DNA of 64,000 bases, from the NCBI GenBank assembly GCA_032718475.1, contig JAUCBJ010002641.1, forward strand, positions 1-64,000. Direction: 5' to 3'. The position numbers were made by a program, and so were the translations under genes. Position 1 is the first letter of the stretch. Each line of letters begins with the position of its first letter. The DNA comes from Nemertoderma westbladi. Lineage: Eukaryota > Animalia > Xenacoelomorpha. A model generated the notes under the pieces. It did no database searches, was not told the origin of the DNA, and was given only the letters and a program-made list of their open reading frames with translations. Shown here piece after piece: positions 23,118 through 37,416 of this stretch.

Positions 23118-24149
23118 GGTATATAAGATATAGATATTAGTTAGCAGTTAGTAGCGTTAGTAGCGAGAGGAGGGCATGTGAGTACAGCTGGGTAAATCGT
23201 GTGGCCACACGACGCACACTGCTGTACTGCATAGGCCCACAGAGTAGGCCAGAATGTGGATTAGGGAATAGAATAATCAATAGGAAGCAGTAAGGTAGTA
23301 GGATTGAAATTAAATCAAAAATAAAATTAGAATAAGAATAGGGCTAAGAAGGGGAACAAATTATGGTAACAGTAGTAAGAATAGGCAATAACTCAGAAAT
23401 TCAGAAAGAGATAGGCCATCGAACTGAACTTAAACCACCTAAGCCCATCACTCATCACGTTTGCGCCTTGGCAAGGCACCACCTACGGGTGAGCGATCGG
23501 GCAGAGTTCGAGATGGCAGGTAAACTTGTGAGAGAGGAGAGAAGCAGAGGAGAGGGAGGAGGAAGCTAGGGCGCAGAGCTACGGCTTCGAGGAATAAGCA
23601 GCCTTAGACGAACTTCGTTGGGCTTCATCAGGGAATTCGGGGGAGTCTCTAGGGAAAGAACTGGGGTGGACGGTGGGATCACCGAAACAGTCGACGTCGG
23701 GATTGCAAGCAATGAAGATGATCTTATGGGACGCCACCAGAGGGAGACAACCGGGCCACTCCGAGGGGCCACCTGCGAAACGGTATCGGGCACTAATAAC
23801 ACCAGCGCCCAAGGAGCCAACAACCGGAATCAGCAGGGAGGTGGCGGCGAGAGTCCGAAAGCAGAAAGCGGATCCCAGAGGAGCGGTGGTGACCAAGAAA
23901 CGACCCAGGGAAGAGGACGCCAGGGCGAACTATCCTCAGAGGAACAGATAGGTTCCCAGAGCCGAGGGAGAGAGACTGAGGCTCTGATGTAGTGCGCCTG
24001 GAAGGCGCCACGTGAGACGTGCGAACCATGCACAAATTTAATTAATGTGAATAATCATATAAGTACAATTTGTATGTACGTACGTAGCAATTAGTAATCT
24101 ACAAATATATACGTTCGGAGTAAGTACTATAGTCATACAACCTTTCTCA
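23118..24149 (+). repeat. Element A 3' LTR, right part
   Basis: Resumes after the TSD with GGTATATAAG and GTTAG-rich sequence like the left part. The end is inferred. Confidence 0.6.
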
Positions 24150-25206
24150 ATTAGCTACTGGGACTGGGGGGTAAACTGACTATGGCACTATGGACGAGAC
24201 ACCAGACAATTTCACACTTCTTGAGTGCGACGGCACGAGAGGGGGGGGGGGGGAGATTTGTCAGAAGGGATGAGGTAGTCAGAGTGGGGTTGAGGGACGG
24301 AGTAATGGAGCGAAGTGCAGAGAGAGTGCGGACGCAATTCTAGTGTGTGGGGGGGAGAATAAGAGGCTGAGTGAGGGACGAGGAGGTCCGAGTGTATGAG
24401 AGAGTTAGGATGAGAGTGAAGAAGAGATAGGGCGGAAGTGTTGGGGAAACAAAAGTTGCGTGAGAGGTGAGCGCGATCGGCCCGACATGAGACGCCAGGC
24501 ACACAGGGTAGCGTTATCATACCCATAGGGAGCGGCCTGGAAAGCCGGCTCCGAGAGAAAAGAATTCCACCCCACACCCGATACTAGATCGGGATCCAGC
24601 GGGATTGTAGCGCACTTTTTGGTTGATGCTATCTTCTTACTGGGAAGATAGCATGGGGGGGAGTGTTAGCTTATTCAATCCCGCTAACACCCCATAAAGT
24701 TATAAGCCGATAAGCAATATTGGGAGCCACGAGATTGGGTAATTAACCAACTCGTGCCATCCCAATAAGAATGGGAAGGAGAAGCACACAATGAGGGTCA
24801 GGGGCCAAACCCCTAACCCAGAGAGAATAGGTGGAGTGAACGGGAACACTCCAAAGGGCGCCAACAAGGGTATCAACCAATCAGAGGGGGGAAAGGCATC
24901 GATTAGGTAGAGTAACAAGGCCAACCGTGCAATATAGCCACTTGGCAGTAATCATACCAATTCAGTTATCTCAGTGCAATACCGGTGCTAGATTAGGTTA
25001 CAATAGTTTAGCTAGGGAAGGACCGGGACTTTAGTTACCGTATCCCGCCTTCCGTATACGACAATTATCTCATATCTATATCTATATCTATATCTGCATA
25101 TCATATTATATACGACAAACAGCACAAACTCATTCACTCCTTATACACGGCGGGGACGCGTGAACTAAAACCGGATAAACCGGGATCCCTCTTGGATCCC
25201 GTCACA
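24150..25206 (+). mobile_element. 3' end of LTR element E: internal tail, hairpin, PPT and LTR (24664-25206)
   Basis: Stem ATGCTATCTTC..GAAGATAGCAT, then GGGGGGGAG, then TGTTAG...GTCACA. LINE endonuclease coding sequence starts directly after 25206. Confidence 0.65.
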
Positions 25207-26335
25207 GAAATTACTCGTCCTAAACCACTCAAACCACTAATAGTGGGCTGCATATACCGCTCTGAAAAAATATCTAAAGAAGTTTTTATCGCTGACTTAG
25301 ATACTAGATTACTGACTTTAGCTGAAAGTAATTATGATGTAGTGCTAACAGGTGATTTCAATATTAATACTCTAAAGAAAAATACACAATCTGACAGCTA
25401 TTTAAATGTGCTTCAGTCTAACGGATTTACCCAAACCATTAAAAAACCTACGCGAATTACGAAATACTCAGAAACTCTTATTGACCATATATGTACCAAT
25501 ATTACTTCTTCTATATGTAACAGCGGTGTGGGGCGAGACACGAATGGCGAGCCATCAGCGAACTGATATAATTATACTATGGCCGTTTTTCAAAAGTCTG
25601 TGTGTGTGTGTGTCAGTGTGTGTGTCGGAAGCCATAATCCAAATTTATATCTTCAGCTAAATTGTATGGTTGAATCGAATTATTTTGATTCTTCTATCGG
25701 TAATTAATTATTTAGGGGGGTAACATTTATCCCATCTGGTATAAAATTAACATGGGTAGATTTGCCGTGTCCCATTCTATCAAAGTCTTTACTTTATACT
25801 CGAGATTAATGTCAAGTTTTATAGTTATTTATTGATTTACAATTAAAATTGCATTTTCATCAATTAATTCATACGCAGGCTCTAACCGCCTAATGACAGT
25901 CAATACGGAGTAATTCCTTCCCGTGTCTTAGCAACGCTGAGAATGTCCTGGCTTGTTAGAGGCGGACTGCTGCTGGTAGGATAGCATTAATTCCCTATCC
26001 ATTCACTCATTCTCCATAGAACTGGCTGACGGTGGCTTGTTAGAGGCAGACTGCTGCTGGTAGGATAGCATTAATTCCCTATCCATTCACTCACATAGAA
26101 CTGGATGACTGGAGGTGTGTGTGTGATTAGGTATCGGGTTATTCAATGATATTAATATTATTACTAAAGTAACGTCGGGATGTTAATTTTCACTGCAGCT
26201 ATGATTCTCTCTGGTTTGTTGAATGAGTGAAATAAATTATTGTTTTTATGTTCCAAATATCAATGTGGGGCGAGACACGAATGGCGAGCCATCAGCGAAC
26301 TGATATAATTATACTATGGCCGTTTTTCAAAAGTC

Positions 26336-26530
<195 letters not shown>

Positions 26531-27329
26531 CGGAAGCCATAAATGTCGCCCATGTGAAGAATACCAAGATTTCACTTTTCGGTCGACTTTTTATTGGAAT
26601 TTTATATGTGAAGATTTTTTATTTTTTTAATTTATCTTTATTCTGTACATATACTAATTCGTTTATTGTTTTGGTTAAATTCAGCCCTTCTGTAACCTGT
26701 GTTTTTGGTGAAAACCTGGTATTCTTCACATGGGGGTAACTGCAAAGTGAAATATAACTGTAGAAAGTCTGGTATTCTTCACATGGGCCCCATTCTCCCC
26801 CATAGAGCCTAAGGCATGGCAAGGGCAGCAGCCGTGCCCAATAATATTTCTCGAAGTTGTACATTACTAACATAGCTAGCTAAAGTCATTGACCAAGCCA
26901 GTGCCTAAGCTAGCACACAAGGACATGGCCTAACTGTAGTAGTCTAGTAGAAGGAATAGAATATAAAATACATCTAGAAATAATAGAATAGAATAGAATA
27001 AATAGAATAGAAATACATCTCAACAGACATCAATTAATTTGCCTGTGCCTACCATAACTAAGGTGACCAGACGTCCCGCTAAAAAAAGTTTAATTTAAAA
27101 AAGTTTAGTTTAGTTTAAAAAAAGTGTCTCCAGAGATATTACACCAGTTACACCGCAGTAATTCTTCTACCTTGTATAGCTGTTTGTTTGTAACAATGGA
27201 AAGCTGGCCCTGCAATGATTCCAAATATGTAACACAATTTTAATTTCGTTGAAAAATAGTTGAGATATGGGTGTTCAAATTTTGCATGGTATGCGCCTGC
27301 ACCTGCGCGAGGCTATTATATTCTGTTTA

Positions 27330-29050
27330 ATGAATATTGTTTCTTTAATCCAAACCATTTTGGAGCAATAAAACGCACATAATTTACAGTAAAACTAAGA
27401 ATAAATAGATAAATAAAAATTAATTCAGACTATTAAAACATGTTAAAAATGATGAGTTAGCCAGGGCGTTTCGAGGGCCAGCGCCTTTTTAAGGATGTTT
27501 GGGAGAGAGGGAAGACCTGTGCAGTGGACCGCGTGGTCCAACAGAAAAGACAGATGCATGCGGGTGTCGCCTTCCAACACTTTTTGTCCCGGCAGAACTT
27601 GTGGTGCGACCCATTACTGATGAACTGGGCAGCTGCTCGACGCCTGATGCCAGTCAGTTTTGGATGCGAAAGTAATGAAGGTTCGCTCCGGTCCGGTGGG
27701 TTATCCACAGCATTTAGTATAGCTGTGGAGCTGGAGTACTTGCTGATCCCGCACCAAAGTTTCCAGAAGAAAGCACGGAGTTTCACTACATGTTTTAAAT
27801 TATGGGCATCGTCAGCATTAATGCCATACACACAACATCCGTAGGTTGTGGAAGGGGCAATTACCTGGTGCCATAGGCGCCTTGCTGATGTTATCGAGAT
27901 TAAATTAAAATTAATTGTAGTCGCCAGGCGGATGCAGGCAGAGATGCCGCGTTTATATAGATGACTGTAGTGCCACGAAGAACAAACTGTGGGTGTGAGC
28001 ACTACTCCGAGATACTCAAAGGAGTTTACGAACTCAATAGGTGAGCCGCAGTAAGTGAGTTTGTCCGAGCGGCAGAGACGACCCCCACGGCAGAATTTGA
28101 TGGCTTTGGTTTTCTTCTCATTAACGATGATGTCGTTTTCTTTACAGTAGTCCGATAAAGTGTCGAGACCAGCCTGGACTTTGGCGATCGTGTTTCCAAC
28201 AATGGCGACGTCATCTGCGTACATAAATAGTAATAGGCCACTACATGCTACGGCTAAAACAGTTGGAAGATTGGAACAAACTAAATAAAAAGCAAAGGAA
28301 AAAGCTTGTCCCCTTGGATCACACCAATGGATTGAGTTATCGGGTCCAAAATGTATAACCCTAGACAGATACAAACGAAGTTGGTGGCTGATAATGCCCA
28401 CAGGGCAGCGATAAAAGCCCGGCTCACCCCCAACTTGGACAGTTTGAAACAAAGTTTCTTTCTATTAACGGAATCGAACGCCTTAGTAAAATCCACGAAA
28501 ACACAGTATTTGTTGCCCCGTGGTGTACTCAGGGCCTGCTGTATCTGGGAGATTAGACTTGTTGCTGCCTGGATTGTTGGGCGTCCTTTCCGAAACCCAA
28601 ACTGGCAGTCTGGGAGGAATCTGGCGGATTCTGCCCAGGTATATAGTCTGTTGAAAAGGATTGTAGTATAAGCCTATAGTAGACAGGATAGTAAGGCAAT
28701 GCCGCGGTAAGAGTTAGGAGAGCTCTTAGGCCCCTTCCCTTTGTGCAGGGGCAATAAATACGAGGTCAGCCAGACAATTGGGCAGACTGCAGCGGAGAAA
28801 CATCTAGAAAATAAGATGAGTAGGAAAGGAAGGAGGATGTCCAAAGCCAAACTTTAGCGATTCATTCGAAACACCATCGGGACCAGCAGCCTTATGGTTC
28901 TTCAGGTAAATCAGGAATATAAGTTTTGTGTCGACATCCCGGGTTAGTAGGGAGTTGAAATGTGAGGACCAGTGGTGCAGGGGTGCTGAAGGAGTACGCT
29001 TAACCTTGGTTAAATTCCAAAAGTTTTTGAGGTCGTACCCAGCCTGAGCT
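27330..29050 (-). pseudogene. 5'-truncated, frameshifted non-LTR retrotransposon RT (RTE-X/L2-like) with Cys-rich C-terminus
   Basis: Minus-strand motifs YRGIALL, FGFRKGR, VDFTKAFDSV, GVIQGD, YADD, FEYLGV and HHKFC..C..CICLFC. Boundaries approximate. Confidence 0.75.
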
Positions 29051-29717
29051 TTATATATATAAAAATAAATTTACATATGTTTTATTCAGTTATTATAATT
29101 TGTTTGTGCTATAATTGGTTAGCTTGAATTTAAGTATATTACTTTATAGTAGCTTACATACTCTACGTACAGGTGCTTTCATTGAACATTTGAACACGTG
29201 CTGCTCGAAGACCCCACAACGTGTTCTACTTACAGAGATAGGAACGACTGACCACTTACCAACATTCTTAGTTTTAAGCAATTATACATCTTACTTTAAA
29301 CCAGCTGAATCACAGATATCATACGATTATTCTAAATTTAATCCAGATTGCTTTTTAAATGAACTGCGAAAAGAACATTTATGGACATATAAATGTAGCC
29401 CCCTACCAGAACAACAAAAATTTGATTTATTTTACAAAAACTTTGAGGATATTTGCAAAGAACAATTACCACTAAAAACAATTTCCAAGAAAGATATTCC
29501 TCGTAAACCATGGTTAACCCAATCATTAATTAAGTCTATCCACAGAAAAAACAAACTTTACGCACATTATATCTCAAAGCCTACTGACCAAAACCATAAG
29601 ACATATAAACAATATCGTAATAACCTTACCTCACTTTTACGCCAATCAGAAAAAAAATACTACACTGACCAATTTGAAAAAAATAAATCCAATATTAAAA
29701 AAACATGGAAGGTTATT

Positions 29718-31881
29718 CCCCATTAAAAACTTTTTAAAATAACAATACAATGGTGGGCTATGTAAAAAAATATCCGAATTCGCCCTAGGGAAAATAACCA
29801 GTTATTAATCCTATCCCGCTTTTGGTAGCTTAGTTACATCCAATCAATTAGAATATAATAATAAAATATAAAATATTCGCATATTAATAGGTTCCATCCA
29901 TTAGCTACCATGGTTACAATTCACAACCACTTTGATTATAACTTAAGGCAGCGAAAGTAATGTACAGAGGCGCTTGCATACCTGGAAGATGTATAGTAAA
30001 TCTGGAACTGATTTTAAAGATTGAGACCTGATAATATGAGGGAGCTGAGTTCTAGAAATTCACATTTGCTGCAATTCCTTCAATGATAAAATGTCCCTTT
30101 CATATTCACGCAACTAAAGTTTACGGTAGCTATGTTTTAGGTAAGCATAGCTATTATTTTCGACACTGGTTCCGTTCTCCTACTTTCCCGTACAAATTTT
30201 TTCATCGTAGCACTTGTTAATTTTTATATATAATTTCAATTTATTATACAGTAGTTCCTTTTAAAAAATATTATTCTAGAAGGAATACCGTTTTGACTAG
30301 AGGTCTGTATAGCACTACATTTTTAAAACATATATCATTGTTACATGGCAACGTTGAAGAGTTTTAGAACAAATGAAAATAATTATATACTATTCTAAAC
30401 CATAAATAAAATAAAATAATATTACGTTCTAGAACATATAGCTAGTTTATTTTTAATTTTAAAATAGCTAGTAAATTAAAGAAAAGTATTTAAATGAATT
30501 TCTGAATACATTTAAATGAATATTGAAAATTATTATATTTCTAACATATACCGGTAGCTATTTTTTTTAATTAAAATAGCTATTAAATTAAAAAAGTTAT
30601 TTTTAAATCAATTTCTGAATAGGCCTACATTTAAATGAAAATTGAAAATTTCCAAAGCACCAAACATAAATAAAACAATTTTATATTTTTTTAAATTACA
30701 AGCTAATTAAAAATTTATAAATAACTAGCTATATGTACTAGAACGTTATATTTTTAATTTTATTTAAGTTCTAGAATTAGGGTATAATAATACTGTATAA
30801 TATTTATAATTTGTTCTAGGACTCTAAAATGTTGCCATGGTAACCATGATTTATGGTATAAACATGTAGTGCTATGCGGATTCGGAACTGTTACCTTAGT
30901 TTTAATATTTTCTGCGTCAAGAGTCAGTCCCCAAATCTGCAAACTGTGATAACAAATGTACGTTATTCAAGAAAGATCGATCACTAAGGAGACGTGGGGG
31001 GGGGGGGGGGGGTTGTTGGACGCAAATCCCAACTCGTCGAATTTATATTTCGTCTTAATGTTAAATTAAAAATTAAGGGGAATGAGCGTTTACAAATTGC
31101 ACTCTTATTCTAACCAAAACAATAAGTTAAAGACAATAGAACAGGTCACAGTTGTATTTTTTAGGAGTAATCAGCTGTTATTTGCGTCGATTTTACCCTG
31201 GAGCGGTATAAAAGTAAAAAAAATGTAAAATGTTTATTCGGCTGTTAGGCCAGGGATTACGTGCAAAGTCGGGCGATCTACTGCATTTCCAGTGCGGGCC
31301 CCCTCAAACTATACTCCACAGAGGAAAAGCCAGTACCGGTACTCATTTAGCTACGACTTCAGGATGCAAGCAAAAATGCGCCCTTGTTACACCCGCTTTT
31401 TATTCCGTCGAAAGTCCCATTATCTGTAGCTGGGAAATAAATATGAGAAATAGAGCTATAACATTTACGCTGTTACCTACTATATAAATACATAATTTAA
31501 TAAATGTTTTGATTGTTCTACTGCAGAAAGGCCACATACGAAAGCACTAAAAATGACTGAAATAATAGACATAAAATAAGATTACTGAAATAATGTCTAC
31601 CATAAGTCATAGTCGTTGAATTAAATCGTATCAATATAGGAAAATAATAGTGATAAAATATATATGCTTAGTTATTTCCCCCCAAAAATACCACGCCCCA
31701 TTTTTAATCAACTCCCCCCAAACAAAACCCTTTTAGAAATGTTTGAAGCCTTAGCAATAAATTACTCGTAGGTGAGTGAAGGTAATGGGGAATAACACAC
31801 TTATTACCCTATTATTGAGTTATTTTTCCGGTTAAATAACCGGGAAAATAACTCAATAATAGGGTAATAAATATAGTTATT
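29718..31881. mobile_element. Non-coding insertion with subterminal inverted repeat and a long terminal palindrome (Crypton-like, tentative)
   Basis: GTTATT duplicated at 29712-29717 and 31876-31881. GTTATTCCCCATTA is inverted at 31783-31796. ~33-bp-stem hairpin at 31801-31870. The LINE-b frame KVI|N is restored on removal. Confidence 0.5.
30309..30876. repeat. Imperfect foldback (inverted arms ~150 bp) inside the 29718-31881 insertion
   Basis: TAGCACTACAT..CATGGCAAC..TAGAACAAAT is mirrored by ATTTGTTCTA..GTTGCCATG..ATGTAGTGCTA. Confidence 0.75.
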
Positions 31882-32166
31882 AACACAGCTCTTCTTCTTC
31901 TTCTTCTTCTTATAAATCCTCCACAAATGCCATACCTAGGGCTCTAAATATAAAAGATGCTCAGAATAGCAATATTTCAATCACCAAAACCTCGGAAATG
32001 GCTGAAGTATTTAACATTTTCTTCACTACTGTAGGTCCAAAATTAGCTGCTAATATTGCCCACTCACCACGCTCACCCACAAGATATATTACTCATAAAA
32101 AATACAATTCCTTTAGTCTCATAGAAACGTCTGCTGTTGAAGTTCACTATCACTTGTTAAATTTAA

Positions 32167-33018
32167 CCCTATTCCACCTGGGGTTGGGCAGAATCTGCCC
32201 AACACTTTTTATTTTTAGAAATTCATGATGATGATTTTTATGTATTATTATGAAATTCATTGACTTTTCCTAGAATTTAATTGGCTTTCTGATGGTAACA
32301 AAATATTTTTTTCATCATTTATACTTTTTGTGCTATGGTGTGTTTTTAATATAATAGTCACATTTTTTTATTATAATATCTTTATTAGCCTAACTGGTAG
32401 AAAAGATAATCCCTGGTTGGATAGTTCCCCTGGTCAACAAGCTAGAATGCAACCAATTACGGTCCAGGACATTCACTTGGCTGGGTTGTAAAGATAAATT
32501 CAAACACAAGATTGTCTACTGCTTGGATTAGTACACATCAATCACATTATTGTTTAATAACAAAATACTAAACTGACAGATATGCAAGCAATAAGTCTAC
32601 TAGGATAAAACAACAACCACCATTGAACCCAGTATATTCCTAATGTAATACAGCAGACATAAACAGAGGTGAATGAATATATCTATTCAATAACAGCACC
32701 CCTGCAAGCAAAATTTTCACTTGGGATGTCTGGCAGAGTTAGGCAGACAGTAGTGTTGGGAGGAGTATGTATAGTATTATCTCATCTTTTTACTATAATG
32801 GGTTATCTTCATGATAATTAATTTATGTGGATATATTATTTTAAATTATGAATATATAAAACTCAGAACAGATGCATTATATATTTTTCTATAAACCTGC
32901 GAAAATTTGGAAAGTTTTGATAAAATTATCATTACTTTTTAGTGAATAATAAACTGTTGGGCATATTATGCCCAACCCCAGGTGGAATCTCGGACAAAAG
33001 AGCCCAGGTGGAATAGGG
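32167..33018. mobile_element. piggyBac-type non-autonomous DNA transposon (MITE)
   Basis: TTAA on both sides (32163-32166, 33019-33022); TIRs CCCTATTCCACCTGGG / CCCAGGTGGAATAGGG. Excision restores LINE-b LLNLNENSSTND. Confidence 0.9.
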
Positions 33019-36000
33019 TTAAATGAAAATTCATCCACTAATGATGCATTTCCGGTGAAACTGGTAAAATTGGCCGCCAGTATAATAAGCATACATCTAG
33101 CTAATTTAATTAATTCTAGTATTAAATCAGGTTTATTTCCAGACAGTTTAAAGAAAGCTAAGGTAATTCCAGCTTATAAAGGTGATGATCATTGTGACAC
33201 TTCTAATTATCGTCCAATTTCACTGCTTCCGGTATTTAGTAAAATATTTGAGACTATTATTTATTCTCAGTTAATTTTATATCTGGACAAAAATTTAATT
33301 TTAACACGCAACCAACACGGTTTTAGGAAAAAACATACAACATCGGAGGCAATTTTACAAATTGTTGAAAAATTGAGGTCTATCTTGGATGACAGGGATT
33401 CTGCTTGTGTCGTATATATCGACCTTAAAAAGGCGTTTGATACGCTAGATCACTCAATTTTATTAAAAAAATTAGATTCATACGGCATAAGGGGTATCCC
33501 TCATTCACTCTTTTATAGTTACCTTTCCAATCGTTTGCAGCGTGTTTCATTAGGCGGCTCTTATTCAACTTATAAATCTATTTTATGTGGTATTCCTCAA
33601 GGCTCGATTCTGGGCCCCATACTTTTTTTGTTATATATATCAATGATTTACCAAATTGTAGTGATTTCGTTACCACTTTATTTGCAGATGACACTTCGCT
33701 AATGTTACACGATAAGGATTTATTACAGCTTTCTAATAGAACCAATTCAAATCTTGTTCACATTTCAAATTGGCTGATTGACAATAAATTGTCTCTCAAT
33801 ATAAAAAAGACCGAATACACACTTTACACTAACAAACAAAATGCCCCGTCGTTCCCTAGTATTATAATTAATGATCAAGTAATTAATAGAGTAGACAGGA
33901 CAATATCTAGGTTTACTTATTGATAGGCAATTAAACTTTCGATCCCATGTACAATATATATATAATAAAATATCTAAGTCTGGAGGAATTTTTTATAGAT
34001 GTATTTCCATTCAATATTTTACGTACTTTATTCTTTGCTCTAATATATCCCTATATACAGTATGGACTAATTGTTTAGGGAAGTACATATACATCTATTA
34101 CTAGTCCAATTAGGATAAAAATAAATAAAATGATACGAGTTATGACATTCAGTCATTATCAAGCCTCGTCATTACCCATATATCAACGCCTAAGTATACT
34201 TCCATTCGAACAATTATATAAATACCAAGTTTGTAAATTGATGTTTGATATTCATAATAATGCCAAATCTTCATTAACCCATCTTTTTAGGAAATTTTCA
34301 TCAACCCATTCGTACAATACACGTTCATCAGCATCAGGATCATTTATACTTCCCCTTGTGCGTCTTAATGTAGCCCATCAGTCTCTTGCATTGCAAGGTC
34401 CACTGATTTGGAATAACATAAACCCCTCTATTAGAAAAATTACAAGTAAACCGATCTTTTTGAAAAAAATAAAAGATTTGTTACTCAACCTTCACTCAGA
34501 GCTTTAGATTTTTTTATACAACCTGGAAAATAGGTAGTAATAATAAGGAAATAAGTATTATATTTTTATCTTAATCTATATAACATTTGTTCGTAGCAAT
34601 ACAAATTCAGCTTCCGTAAAAATAATACATTGTTGATGACACCGACTGCTAAATGATATTAATATTATTTATTACGTTTTATACTTTCAATTAAATATTT
34701 TAACATTAATCGTAGCAGCAACCCACCCCCCCCCCCCCCCCCCCCACAGGGGGACACTAAACCACTAGCTAAGCTATTATACTGTCCTCCTGCCATAAAC
34801 TACTTCATGCTAAACAAAGATAATAAATAATCTTTATCTGCCAAGATATTTCCGTCATTACCATTTTTAATTTAATATTTTTTTTTAATTTAATATTAGT
34901 TAATAGTTAATTTAATATTTTTTTTTCGAAGTTGCTTATGAGTTACTTACTTACTGGTTCTAATATTCCTTAGTGTGTTCATTTATGGCAGCGGTTATGG
35001 TCCCCAGACATATTTTTGGTTTAGCAACAGGACGACATTTCGTCTTTTTTGTCTATGCAATTTGTTTTTTGTTTTGTTTATGGAAAAATAAATTTCTTTC
35101 TTTCTTTCGAAGGTGGAGGCGGTCGGCGAACCTAGAGAGGTCTGATTCCTTCTCTTCAAGGATCTTCTCCATGGCTGAATCTCCTAGGGGTGATCCAAGC
35201 AACAGCGCATCAGAATAATCGATTGGTTTAATGCCTGGTGTGATGGCATCAAACAGAGCTGTTGTCTCTTCTTTCAGTTCTAAGGGAAAGTGCTTGCCAA
35301 AGATTAACTCACACTTGGATGCCTTGACCATAAGCCCTAGCTTTACTGCCTCGGCTATGACCCTCTTCAGGTCAGAAGCAACAACAGATGGTGTTCCACC
35401 CAAGGAACCGTCATCCAGGAACCACACGTTGAGGGGAGATTCCATGCTATCGACAAGTTCGATTGTGTCGTTGCTGAAGAATAGAGAGGCTAGTGGGTCT
35501 CCCTGTTGCATACCATCGTCAGAGGCAATTGTTGTCCCATTGTAGAATAGGAGAGAGGGTTGCGAATATGACTGATATGCCAGGTTGTATAGTGGTGGGA
35601 GGTTCTTTAGCACTGCCCTCAAGGATGGTCCACGGTGAATACTGTTGAAGGCATTTGAGAAATCAATTTTGATCATGACTGTCTCTCTCTCTATTGACTC
35701 ACTGAGGAAACGCCTGGCTGCATGTACTGCTGCTTCTGCACCCCGGGGGGTCCCAAACCCTAGCTGATGGGGTCCTAGCTTTAAACCGGAATGCTTTGCC
35801 GCTGAATGGCAGCCTGTTTTGGCGGTGAGTCGACGCAGAGTGCACCCCACGGCTATGGGGCGAACTCCACCTGCTGGTTTAGTGAAAGCACAAAGCCTGG
35901 CGACATAGAGGTAAGGGAGAACTTCCTGGGGCACTCCTCCCTTTAGCATGATATTGGCTACTGATGTCATAGCCTTGAGGGAAGCCAGAGCAGCATCCCC

Positions 36001-37416
36001 CGCTGATGATGAGATCATGTCCTTGAGGAACTGAGGACGGCAGTTGTCGGGACCTGGTGCCGAGCCATTGGGGAATAGCTTGATTGATTTTAGAACCTCT
36101 GGGTAAGATAGCTCGAGGGTCAGGACATCTGCTTCCTCTAATGACGGTACTCCGTGGAGGTCATCTGATGGGCGTGTAGGATGAAGGAGTCAAAGGGCTT
36201 CAAGGGTCTCTGAGGTGGCTGGGGCTATAGTGGCTGATGAGGATGCTAGTCGTGCAGCTGCTTTCACATTTCCTTCTTCTATCTTAGAGGCTATCAATTT
36301 CCCTAGCATGTCATCCGAGGATTATTGAGTCTTGGGCTTCAGACGGGATGGAAGGCTAGTCGTAGGCAGTACTAGTAATTCTTTGGTGTTCTTGACCATC
36401 TCTTCAAATTCCAACAGTTGGTCCTTTACCTTAGCTGTGAGTGATTTGCAGGCCGGACCGATAGCCCTCCGGCCAAGTCTGGACCTTGATCCCTGGGAGG
36501 GTACTCTGAGAGAGAATGGAAAGGCCAGCAGGTTTAACCAGTTTGACAGTAATTCCTGGTCCTAAACATGTGTTTATAATATAATGATTAACTAATTTAA
36601 ATGGTTGAATTAGTTTACAACAAATTATTCAATATGTATTCCATAAATATTTATTCGACTAGATTTTTATAATTTCTATGATACCGATAATTCTTGTACT
36701 TCGTTCAAGGTTGGATTTGGTGAGCCGTTACAGTATATAGTAAGTGAGGTACAGATAGTCAGTGAAATGAAAGTAATTCGATTTTCTACTTGCACCGGGT
36801 GTACCTGAAACGGACCCAACTTCCATATTTATGAATATGAATGCTGAATTCATTAAACTGTAAGGAATCAATTACATTTTTTAATTAAATGACTATATTC
36901 CACACACTCTACAATAAATTACTTTTCGTTATCCTGTAACCATGAAGAATTATTGTCTTCCTCCTGTCACACCAGTATGTAGGCCTATGGTTGGTATCCG
37001 TAATACGGGCGGGCATACGGTAATGTTATCGCCATCGGCACTGGTAAATTGCAATATCATGAATATAATGAGAATTCAGTTCGTGAACATTATAGATATT
37101 GTTATTCTACTAGGCCCATTTGCTACTACAGTATATAATAAGATATCTGTATTTCTGATACGAGCAGACGGAATGAGCAGAGCGGAGAGCGTTACTAACA
37201 TTCCGAGAATACTTCGACTTTCCATGCTTTGGCATTAAAACTGTTAGAGGGTGTGGCATCACAGAGACTACTGTAAAGTGTGGCTGCTTTTAGTCTTGCA
37301 CCCCTGGGGATACGAGTCAGGGTTCTGATCCTAGTGAGGGTTTCGAATGCACTGCTAAGTGAATCTGATATGGCACTCTGGCTGGCTACCACAGGAGCAG
37401 GGGACGGAGTGTCATT

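Larger units (their letters stand above)
1..24149 (+). mobile_element. BEL/Pao LTR retrotransposon A, 3' part (integrase + 3' LTR), interrupted by LINE-a and element B
   Basis: Integrase motifs HxxxxH..CQTC, CGVDMFGP, SDNGTNF, ERLV, LTPSHFL, EYLPTL..KW, GDLV. Purine tract at ~5494-5506, then LTR start TGAGGG at 5508. The LTR resumes at 23118 after B. The right end (..TTTCTCA, 24149) is inferred only from the TGAG/CTCA inverted ends. Confidence 0.8.

Noticed and set aside
32968-33018. Apparent start MPNPRW.. of an RT ORF
   Set aside because: Comes from the end of the piggyBac MITE, not from the LINE.
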